DNA of 44,634 bases from Acidobacteriota bacterium (GTDB lineage: Bacteria; Acidobacteriota; Thermoanaerobaculia; Gp7-AA8): contig JAFAVZ010000238.1 of assembly GCA_019242175.1 (NCBI GenBank), positions 1 to 44,634 on the forward strand, read 5' to 3'. The translations under genes and the position numbers were made by a program. This document shows, in pieces, positions 1 to 12,000 of this stretch. Every line of letters starts with the position of its first letter. The stretch's first letter is position 1. The notes beneath the pieces were generated by a model. It saw only the letters and a program-made list of their open reading frames with translations, did not search any database and had not been told where the DNA came from.

Positions 1-3000
1 ACGGCGAGCTGCTCGTCGATCCGTTCGACACGCGCTTCCCGAGCACCGAGCACGACGCGGCGCCGACGCCGCTCGGCAACGGTGCCACGCTGACGTTCGA
101 CCGCGTCGAAGTCGCGAATCGCGGATTCGCCCGCTTCGACGATCACCTGAAGATTGGCAACTTCCTCGACGATCGCGACACGATCGTGAAGGGCGCGAGC
201 GCGACCGTGGTGCTGTTGGGCGAGAAGCCGAGCCTCACCGTCACCGCGCCGACCACGCGCGTGGCGGTGTCGCGCGGCGCATCGCTCGACGTCACGTACG
301 CCGAGACGAGTGCGCTCGCGATCGAAGAGCGGCGCTTCGTGATCGGCACCAGCAGCGTCGCCGTAACGACGTTCTCGTCGCAGCCGCAGAACCAGAAACG
401 CAGCGCGGTCACGATCCCGGTCGACGCTCCGCTCGGCCCGATCACCGCGCAGTTCCAGATCCTTGATCGCGCCGGCCGCATCGCCTCCGCGGCGATCGCA
501 GTCGACGTGACGGAGAACGCGTCGCCGGTCGTCACGTCCTTGACCTCGACGCCGGCGTCGCTCTACGCGAACCACAACGTGGCGATCACCGTCACGGCCC
601 ACGACGACGTCGCCGTGAAGACGGTGCACATCACGACGCAGCTCGGCTCGCAGACGCCGGTCACCGTCGACAAGCCGATCGCGACGACGTTGCGGGACGT
701 CACCGTCGGCCACACGTTCCTCGTTCCGGGCACGTTCACCGGCGGCGGCACGCTGCACATCACCGCCACGGCGGACGACGTCGATCCGACCCACGCTTCG
801 AACATCGCCTCGTTCGATGTCACGATCCTCCACGACACGACGCAGCCGACCGTCGCGTTGCTCGAGCCGCCGCCGAATACGCTCTACGTCAGCGGCGGCA
901 GCACGACGATCCCCGTGCGCGCGACGGTCACGGACGACGAGACCGGCGTGCAGCGCGTCACCGCGCAGCTCGACGACGCGGCGCCGGTCACGATGACGAA
1001 GTCCGGCAACGAGTGGACCGCGCTCGTCCCGGTTCCGGCCCGTTCCGGCTCGGCGATCCAGCCGGCGAACGTCGTCGTCAAAGCGATCGACTTCGAGAAC
1101 AACCTCACCACGGCGACCGTCGCCGTGAACGTGAAGCCGTCCGGCGATCCGAATGCGCCGGCGCTCGCCTGGGCCTGCACGTCGCCGGGCGCGACGTATC
1201 CGCCGGGCTACACCGCGAAGCTGCGCGTGCTCGCCCGCGCCGCGAACGAAGCCGATCCGGTCGCCGACGTGAAGTTCTTCGTCGACGCCGACACGACCGG
1301 CGTCGCGGCTTCCACGATCGAGGGCGAGGCCTACGAGCTCGCGTACGTCATCCCGTCCGACAAGACGACGATCCCGGTCCGCGTCGAGGCGACGAACGCC
1401 AGCGGCCTGAAGTCCGAGATCTCCACGACCATCACGATCACCAACGCGACGCCGATCGTCAGCGACATGGCCTTGCTGGAGAACGACCGCCAGTTCGACG
1501 GCGGCGTCCTCCTCGTGCAGTCCGGCACGCTCACCATCGCCGGCCAGCACAACTTCACCCAGATCATCGTCCTCGACGGCGCGCGCATCCGTACCCAGAT
1601 CACGAACGTCGGCAGCGTCCAGCGCCTCCAGCTCAACGCGCCGAAGATCTTCGTCGCCTGCGGCGGCGCCATCGACGCCGACGGCAACGGCTACAACGCG
1701 AACGAGAGCGGCGTCGGTCGCACCTATCCGGACACGTTCAGCGGCGGCAGCACGCGCGGCACGGGTGGCAGCCACGGCGGCGCGGGCGGCAAGCGGCAGT
1801 ACGAGGAAGAGAACCCGCCGACGCCAGCCGCGACGTACGACTCGATCTACGATCCGAACCAGCCCGGCGGCGCCGGCTCCGTGGCCGACAACGCGACCTG
1901 CGACCCCTGCAACGGCGGTGGCGGCGTGATTCGCATCCAGACCGCCGCGCTCGTTCTCGACGGCGCGGTGAGCGCGGGCGGCGTCGTGAACACGAACGGT
2001 GGCGGCGGCGCCGGCGGCGCGATCCGCATCGACGCCGGTGACCTCTCCGGCGGCGGCTCGATCTCCGCGAACGGCGCCCGCGCCTACGACGATTGGCTCA
2101 CGAACGCCGGCGGCGGTGGCGGCGGACGCATCGCCGTCTACTACCAGCACTCCTCGCTCGACCCGACGCACATCGTCGCGGCCGGCGGCGCGGGCTCCAG
2201 CGGCTCGTGGTCCACGACCGCGCCGGCCGGCACCGTCTATCTGCAGCAGCGCGGCGCGGACGGCGCGAAGATCGCCGACCAGCTCCGCCTCGACAACCTC
2301 GATCGCGTCACCGAAGACGAGACGCCGCTCCCGGCGCTCGCCGCCGGCAGCGTCACGTCCGTCGCGAACGCTACGATCACGCTCTCCCAGCCGGTCGCCG
2401 ACTGGATCGACGGCTCGTGGATCGAATTCCTCGACGCGAACGGCGCGGCGATCTCGTCGTACCGCATCGCGTCCCACACCGCGACCAGCGTCACCGTCGC
2501 GCTCCCGACCGGCGAGACCGTCGCGAATGCGCCGGCTGGCAGCACCTACCGCCAGGCCTGGCTCTTCGACGACACCCGCGCCCTCGGCAACGCCCGCGTC
2601 GCGGCGTCGGAGATCCGCAGCGCGACGTACTTCACGAACGCCGAGAGCCGCATCCGCATCGATGCGCTCCACGCCGCGACGACGTCCGTCACCGGCTGGC
2701 TGCGCGTCGACGGTGCGCTCGACGCCAACGCGTTGACGGTCGATCACGGGGCGAAACTCGAGGCGAACGGCGCGCTCCACGCCACGACGATGCGCGTCCT
2801 CGACTCGTCGATCGTCACGCACACGGCGATCGCCGACGGCACGAAGAACTGGAAGCTCTCGATCGACGCCGGCACGCTCGAAGTCGACGCCACGAGCGCG
2901 ATCGACGTCACCGGCAAGGGCTACGACTCCTCCCGCGCTTCCGACCAGCTCGGCGGCGTGAGCGCCTCCTCCGCGGCCGGCTCCCACGGCGGCAACGGCG

Positions 3001-6000
3001 GCAACGACGGTCTGGCGACCGACGCGACGTACGACTCCGCGTTCGATCCGCAGCTTCCCGGCGGCGCGTCGTATACGTCGGCGGGCGGCGGCGTCGTTCG
3101 CATCCACGCCGACCAGTTCGTCCTCAACGGCAAGATCCTCGCGAACGGCGCGACCGACCTGCCGTACGTCACGGTCTACGGTGGTGCCGGCGGCGCGATC
3201 CGCATCGACGCCAACTCGCTCACCGGCAGCGGCGAGATCCACGCCGACGGCGGCGTGGCGCCGACTTACGGCGCGGGCGGTGGCGGCGGACGCATCGCCG
3301 TCTACGCCACGACGCTCGGCCTCGACCGCGCGCACGTCACCGCGCACGGCGGCCTCTACTCCGACGGCACGTACATCGCGTCGAATGGCGCGGCCGGCAC
3401 GCTCTTCTTCAAGACCGGCAGCGCAACGCTCGGCGATCTCGTCGCCGACAACGGCGACGTCCCGAGCTCGCAAATGACCGGCCTGATCGGCGTCAACTAC
3501 GGCGTCGTCTCCTCCTTCACGGCGACCACGGTCACCGACGCGCAGGCCCACTTCGCCACGCCGAGCCTCCTGCGCGGCATCCGCCTCTTCCTCAACCAGA
3601 ACCGCAACACGACCTGGCCGATCACCGCGAACACCGCGACGACGCTCACCGTAGGCTCGGCAACGACGCCGTTCTCGGCGCAGGTTGGCGACGCGATGCG
3701 CGGCCTCTACCGCTTCGACGCCGTCACCATCCACAACGCGATCCTCGCCACGCCCGACTTCCTCGAAAGCGGCGCGCCGTTCGACCGTTCGCTCCTCCGC
3801 GAAGGCAACGCCGCGCCGCCCACCGTCGACGTCGCGAAGATCGTCCCGGCGCCGTTCAGCACGGGCGTGATGGGCAAGGCCGGCGCGGTCGCCGATCCCG
3901 ACCAGCCGATCGTCGTGCGCGTGAAGAACGTCCGCACCGGCAACGTCTTCACCGGCACCGCGGCCGCCGACGGCGCCTTCTTCGTCCGCGTCGAAGGCCT
4001 CCAGGGCGACGCGCTCGCATTCTCGGCCAAAGACGGCCACCGCTTCCCGCTCGAGACGCGCGAAGTCTCCATCGGCACGCTCGTCGTCAACACGCCGGAG
4101 ATCACGCCGCTCTCGCCCGCGAACTGGAACGTCCATGCGAGCTTCCGCGCCGATCGCATCTCCGCGAACGGATCGCTCATGGCCGTCGCCACCCGTCGCG
4201 GCCAGGGCTCGGATGACGTCGTCCTCTTCGACATCGCCGATCCGAAGCATCCCCAATATCTGCGCACGTTCCAGACCGAGAACTTCGGCTTCGGGCCGGA
4301 GATGATCGAGGTCTACAAAGGCTGGGTCCTCACCGGCAGCCACGTCTACAAGGCGAGCGATCCGAGCCAGGTGCTCTCCTTCGCGCCGGGCGCCGGCGTC
4401 CGCCACGGCAACCTCTACTTCCACGACGGCGGCGGCTACGAGAACTACAGCGCCGACGTCGACGACATCAGCGACCCGGCGAATCCGAAGACGGTCGGCT
4501 CCATCCACCTCGGCCACAGCCGGGCCGACGACATCTTCGGCTTCGGCGACCGCTACATGGTCCTGCGCCTCGGCTCGCTCTACTCCGTCTACGACTGGAC
4601 GACGAAGACCAAGCTCGCCGATCTCGACCTCGGAACCCTGACCAACGGCGGCGAGGTCGGCCCGCTCCACTTCCAGGGCACGACCGCCTACGCCGGCTTC
4701 GAGAAGCCCGATCCGAACGGCGGTGCGACGGCGTACACGCTCGCCGTCCTCGACTTCTCCAACCCGGCGCATCCGCGCGTCGCGACGCAGATCCCCATGC
4801 TCGCGAAGGTCGAAGACGTCGCCGGTGCGGGCGTGAAGGGCGTGATCGCCGACAACATTGCCGGCGTCGCCCGCTTCGACTCGCACTCGCCGCTCGCGCC
4901 GGCCATCGAAGGCTACGTCGCGTTCGACGATCCGGCCACCGCCGTCGCCCTCGGCGCAAACGTCGCGTACGTCGCGTACGGCTCCGGCATCGCGGTGATC
5001 GGCAACATCCCGACGCCGCCCGTCATCTCCACCGAGGCGATCTCGCTGAAGGTTGCTTCCGGCACCGCAACGATCGCCGGCGCCCCCCATGCGATCAACG
5101 GCGGCACGCCGCCGACCACGGTGACGATCCGCATCCGCGGCGGCGCGAGCATCACCGCGCCGGTCGCGGCCGACGGCTCTTTCAGCGGCGCGCTCTCCGT
5201 CCATCCCGGCGACGCCCTCGAGCTCCTCGCCACCGACAGCCTCGGTCTCGTCTCGGATGTCGTTGCCATCGGCGCGGTGCCGTTCGGCAACGTCGCCACG
5301 TTCGCCCTGACCGTCGCGAACGGCGTGCCGGAGAACTACTCCGCGCGTCTCGTCGCCACGGAAGGCTCGGCCGTCGTCGTCGCCTCCTCCCACTTCTCCG
5401 CGCCGAATCAGGGTGGCTCGGATGTCGTCCTCGTCTTCGACGCGAGCGACGTCGCCCATCCGATCCTGAAAAAGTCGGTCTCCCTCGGCATCGACGTCAC
5501 ATCGGTCGTGATCGCCCGCGGCGTCGCGTACATCGGGACGCAACAGGGCCTCTTCACGCTCGACGTGCACAACCCGGCGGCGCAGGCCTCCGGTCCGTTC
5601 AGCCAGGAGTACGAGGCTGGCCTCTACGTCAGCGGCGACGTCCTCGTCACCGCGCCGCAGCACTATCCGCGCGGCTTCCTCCGTCTCTACGACGTCAGCA
5701 CGCCGATGGCGCCGCGCTTCCTCACGGACCAGGCGTCGCCCGACAGCAATCCGGTCGGCGTCTCCTTCGTCCCGTACGGCGACGACTACCTCTTGGCGTT
5801 GCGCCAGCCGGGCTTCAGCTATCAGGGCTCGCACACGCTGGCGGTGCTCGACCGCCGCAGCGCGTCGCTCGCTCCGATCGCGACGCTCGACCTCGACTAT
5901 CTGAACGCGTTCCGCGCCGCGGTCGTCGGCACGAAGCTCTACCTCGCCAGCGTGCAGCAACAGGGCATCGCCGTCGTCGACCTCAGCGACCCGGCGCATC

Positions 6001-9000
6001 CGATTGCGCTCGATCCGCTCGCCCAGACGGATGCGAACGCGCTCGTCGCGAACGGCTCGCGCCTCTTCGTCGCCGCCGGCAACTCCGGCCTGCGCGTCCT
6101 CGACGCATCCATCACTCCGCCGGCGCTCCTCGGCAACCAGCCGCTCGGCGCCGGCTTCGCGTACGACATCCAGCCGATCCGCGGCGGCTACGTCATCGCG
6201 AACGAGACCAATGTCGTCTTCCTCGGCCTCGATGCGGCCCCAACGCTCGACCTCTCGAAGGTCGCGCTCGGCGCGCTCAGCGGCGGCAACATCGCCGTGA
6301 CCGGCACTGCCGGCGCGGTGAGCGGCTCCGCGCCGCTGACCGTCGAAGTGCGCAGCGTCGAAGGCGCCGCATCCGCGAACGCCACGGCCGACGCCAACGG
6401 CGCGTTCAACGCGTCCGTCGCCGCCGCGCCCGGCCAGCGCATCACCATCAGCGTCACCGACTCCGTCGGCCGCAAGACCGGTCCGTTCGATCTCGGCCGC
6501 ATCGCCATCACCGGCGTGAACGGTGTGGCGATCGCGCCGTCGATGGCCGATGACGCCTTCTCCGCGCGCCTCCTCGCCGCGGACGGCGCGACGCTCGCCG
6601 TCTCCGACAACGCGTCGAGCACCGGCGTCGGCTCCGGCCAGGTCGTCCTGTTCGATACGTCCTCGCCGTCCGCGCCCGCGTACCGCGACACCGTCGACGT
6701 CGGCTTCCCGATCAACGCGCTCGCCGCGACGAACGGCTTCGTCTACGCCGGCACCACCGCCGGCACCGCGGTCATCAACCTCGCAACGGGTGACCAGGCC
6801 TATCTGGCGTCGCCGGGCAACATCACGGCGCTGGCCGTCGCCGGTCCCTATGCATTCGCTGGCTACAACAACCAGATCCAGGTGCTCGACGTCCGCGATC
6901 CGATGCATCCGCGCTCGTTCGTCGACGGCAACTGGCTGTCGCTGGGCGGAACCATCCGCCAGATCCTCCCGTACCGCGATGCGCTCGTCGTCGTGACCGA
7001 TGCGCCCGAAATCCAGTTGATGGCGCGCGCCGACGTCGGAAGCATCTACACCCGGACATCGCTCGAGATGCAGGAAGGTGCGGGCAACCTCCGCGGGGTC
7101 GTCGCCGGCGACCGTCTCTTCTACACCGACGCCGGCCGCCGCGAGCTCGTCGCCGTCGACCTGACGAACCTCGACGCGCCGGTCGAGCTCTCCCGCACCG
7201 CGCTGCCGATGTCCCCGACGGACGTCCGCGCGGTCGGCAACACGCTCTACCTCGCCTGCGGCTTCGACGGCTTCCTGACCGTCGACGTCACCAACGCCGC
7301 GGCGCCCGTCGTCGGCACGCGCAAGATGGTCGGCGGCTTCGCGAATGCCGCGCTGCCGCTGCCGGACGTCGCCCTTCTCGCGAACGGCCGCGCGCTGCAG
7401 ATCGTCGCCGCCGCGAGCGCGCCGCAGATCGGCGTCGACCACTTCCGTGTCCTGCGCAACGGCGCGAACGCCGCGGTCAGCAGCGACCTCTGGGCCGTCC
7501 GCGCCAGCGGCACATTCAGCGCCGAAGTGCGCAACCTCGACGCCGTGCCGCCGACCACCGCCCCGGCGACGATCAGCGCCCAGGGCCAGGTCAGCGCGTC
7601 CATCGCCGCCGACGCTGGCAACCGCATCGAGCTCGTCGTGACCGACGGCGCGGGCCGCACCAGCCGTGCGGTCGTCGGCTCCCTCGCGTTCGGCAACGCC
7701 GTGATCTCCGTGCAGAGCGACGCCGCGACGCGCTACTTCGCCCGCAGCATCGGCCTCGACGGCTCGAAGATCGTCGCCTCCGGTCCCACCGATGGCCTCG
7801 ACGTCTTCGACGCCGCCGATCCGACGAATCCGCTCTTCGAGCAGAACGTCTCGACGTTCAGCTACGCCTACCGCGCGCGCGCCGCGAACGGCACGGCGTT
7901 CGCCGCCGGCTACACGCTCTCCACGTTCCCCCTCGGCGTCCACCGCCCGGCCGTCTCCCGGTACGACGGCTCGCTCTACGCGAACGACGTCTTCCTCTCC
8001 GGCAACCTCGCGTTCACCGGCGGCAACGCCTACGTCCGCTCGTTCGACGTTTCGAATCCGAAGTCGATCGTGCTGAAGCAGGAGCTCCAAGTCGACGGCG
8101 TCGTCGCCCTCTCCCACTACAGCGATGACTACCTCCTCGCGTTCGGCGCCGAGCACCTGTCGATCGTCGACCGCCACGATCCGGCGGCGATGTCCATCGT
8201 CGCGACGCTCGACCTTCCGGGCCTCACGCCGGTGGAAGGCGTGCGCGTCGGCAACCGCGCGTTCCTTGCGTGCACCGAGGGCCGCATCGCCGTCATCGAC
8301 CTCACGAATCCGCTCGCGCCGGTGCAGGAGCGCGTGATCCCGACCGCCGGCGCCGCGCACGCTCTGCGCCTCGCCGGCAACTCGCTCTTCATCGCCGACG
8401 GCCAGGCCGGCGTCAGCGTCCTCGACGTCACCGATCCGGCCGCGCCGGTCTTCCGCGGCGCACAGAAGACCGACGGCACGGCGTGGGACCTCGAGCTCCG
8501 CGGCTCCACGATCTACATCGCGAACGACCTCGGCGTCGGCATCCTCACCGGTCTCCCGCTCGCACCCGAAGTGCGCGCGTCGCTCGTGTCCATCGGCGCG
8601 GTCTCCGCGACCACGGCCGCCGTTGCCGGCCGAGCACAGTCGGTCCTGGGCCGCGCGCCGCTGACCATCTCCCTGACGAACGCCGCGACGCATGCGAGCG
8701 TGCAGGCGAACGTCGCCACCGACGGCAGCTTCTACGGGCGCATCGCCGCCGCGGCTGGGGAGGAGCTCACCGCTGCCGCCACCGACGGCGCGGGCGTCGC
8801 CTCCGCATCCGTCAGCCTCGGCAACGTCCCGCCGTTCAACGCGGCGCCGGCGATCCGCGCGAGCCTCATCAGCATCTCCGCGGTCAACGCCAGCACGGCA
8901 CTCGTGCGCGGCATCGCGAACGCCGTTACCGGCGCCGAGCCGCTCACCGTGCAGGTGGCGAACGTCGAAGGCGGCGTGTCCAGCAGCACGGTTGCTGTCG

Positions 9001-12000
9001 ATGGCAACGGCGCGTTCCTCGTCGCCGTCCCCGCCGTCGGCGGCCAGAGCCTCGCGCTCACCGCGACGGCTGCCAACGGCCAGACCGCGAGCGCTCCGAT
9101 CGGCACCGTGCCGGCCAGCGCCGCGCCGCAACGGACGGAGGTTTCCGGGAGCGACGGCTACTTCCTCGCGCGCCGCTTCGCCCACGACGCCGACCTCCTC
9201 GCCGCTGCGCCGGTCGACGTCGCCCAGAACGGCCGCATCCTCTTCTTCCCGAACGGCCAATACGAGTCGTCCAGCTACTTCGAGAGCGCCGTCGGCGTCG
9301 TCCACGACGTCGCGGTTGCCAAGCCGTGGATCTTCGTCGCCGGCGACAACGGCGCCGTCGCCTACGACATCACGAACTACAGCCGCTACAGCCTCGCCAC
9401 CGGACCCTTCGACGCCGTCGGCGCCGCGGGCAACCTCGCCTTCCTCGCCACCACGAACGGCGTGCTGAAGGCGTACTCCGTCTCGCGCGAACAGCGCACC
9501 GTCCTCGCCACATTCGCCGGCGGCCTGCCGAACGTCGTCGTCCGTTCGCTGCTGCCGTTCGAGCGCGATGGCCGCGACTACCTCGCCGCGATCTCCGGCG
9601 ACGAAGGCCACGACGTGATGGTCTTCGACGTCACCGATCCGTCCGCGCCGGTGCGCATCGCCGACTACGACGTGCCCGGCTTCGAGGCCGCGCGCGGACG
9701 CCTCGCCGACACGCGCCTCTGGCTCACCGGCCGCGACCGCCGCGTCTATGGCGTCGACCTCACGAACCCGGCAGCGCCTACCGCGCTCGAGTCGCATCTC
9801 GTTTCTGCCGGGCAGCCCCGCGGCGTCTCCGGACGCGCGACGCTCGGCGTCGTCGCCGCGGATGCCGCAGGCATCGCCCTCGTCGATCCGGCCCACGCCG
9901 CGCCGCTCGGCTATCTCCCGACCGCGGAGCCGGCGTACGACGTCGTGACCGTCGGCTCGAAGATCATCGTCGCCGCCGACCACTCCGTGCTCGTGTTCGA
10001 CGGCGTCTTCTCCGACCCGCCGGTCATCGACCGCTCCCGCATCGCGCTCGGCAACGCCGGGGCGAATCGCGTGTCCGTGTTCGGCACGACCGACGCCGTC
10101 AGCGGCGCGAAGCCGATCCGCCTCCGCATCACGAACAGCATCACCGGCGTCTTCGTCGACGACGTGAACGTCACCATCGCCGGCGGCTTCTCGACCTTGA
10201 TCGCGGCCAAGGCGGGCGAGCTGCTCACCGCGACCGCGACCGACGTCGCCGGCCGCGTCACCAGCAACGTCCCCATCGGCGCGCTCTCCCTCGGCACCGT
10301 GTCCTCGAGCGCACAGCTGGGCGATTCCGACTTCGTGACCGACCGGATGAAAGTCGAAGGGAACGTCGTCGCCATCACCATCTACAACCCGGCGACCGGG
10401 CTCGGCGCTGTCGCCGGCCTCGACGCCACGAATCCGAATTTCTCGGGGCAGTTCTACGGCACCAACTTCGGCAGCGTGGTTCGTGACGTCGCCATCTTCG
10501 GCAACCATGAGTACGTGGCTGCGGGAGCGATCATGGCCAGCACCGGCCGGTGCTGCACCGGCTACGAGTCGGCCGTGCAGCTGGTCGCACGTTCGCTCGC
10601 CGGCGTGAACGACAAGCTCTACGCGAGCGCGTTGAACGGCGGCGCGATCAGCTCCTGGACGATCGGCTCCGACCCGATGGACCTGACGCCCGACCTCGTC
10701 GCCGTCCCGTCGCACCTCAACCTGTCGTTCAGCGAGCTGCTCGTCTACCAGTCGAAGCTGATCGGCATCACACCGGACAAGACTTCGGGTGCCGGCCACG
10801 ACATCGTCTTCATGGACCGCGCGACCGGCGCCTACCTCAGCGAGATCGACCTCCCGCAATTCGATGCGACCCGCGCCCGGATCACCGGCCACTACCTCGT
10901 CGTCTCCGGCCGCACCGGCAAGGGCGCGATCGTCGATCTCGCCGATCTGAATGCCGCGCCGATCGTTTTCACCGGCAGCGGTCCGATGAGCTCCGGCGCG
11001 GCCCTGGTCGGCTCGCGCCTCGCGCTCGCGAACGGCGCTTACGGCATCAGCCTGTTCCGCGCCGCGCCGCCGGCCGCTCCGACGTTCGAAGGCCTGCAGG
11101 GGGTGAACGGGGAGTCGGTCGTCGACGTCGCCTTCGTGAACGGCGCGCTGCTCGCGCTCACGACCCACGGTCTGTCCACGATCACCGGCCTGCCGCCGAT
11201 GGTCGACCTCGCGCGCGTCTCGATCACGAACGATGCGTCGGGCGTCGTCGCTCGCGGCCTCGAGCGCGCCGTCACCGGCCAGCCGACGTTCCGCCTCACG
11301 TTGACGGCGAGCGGGGGTGCCTCGGCGACCGCGAATTCGAGCAACGGCGCGTTCGCAATGCCGATCGCCGCGAACGGCGGCGAGACGCTCACGCTCAACG
11401 TCACCGACGCGATCAGCCGCACCAGCGGCGCGATCGTCCTCGGCACCGTGCCGGGCGGCAGCGCGCCGCAATTCAGCGCCCCGCAACTCGTGGCGGCTAA
11501 GATCTCCGCCACCGCGCTCTCCGCGACGTCGACGCAGGTCGTCGGCAGCGCCGGCGCGGTCACCGGCGGCGAGACGCCGAACACAATCGCGATTACCAAC
11601 ACCTCCGCCACGCCGCCGACCGGTACCGCCGGCATCACGGTCGCCGCCGACGGCAGCTTCACCGCGACCTTGAACGCAGTCGCTGGCCAGACGCTCGCCG
11701 TCAAGGCGACGGATCACGGCAACCGCAACAGCTCCGTCGTCAACGTGACGGCGCCGACGTTCGTGACAGCGCCGACCATCAGCCCGGCGAAGATCACCAT
11801 CAGCGCGCTCTCCGCGATCGCCGCGGAAGTGCGCGGCATCGCCGGCGCTGTCTCGGGCGGCGAGACGCCGGTCACCGCGACGCTCACGAACTCCGCGACC
11901 TCCGGCTTCGTCGCCAACATCGCGATCGCCGCCGACGGCAGCTTCGTCGCCACGATCGCCGCGAGCTCCGGCCAGGCGCTGACGCTCGCCGCCGCCGATC

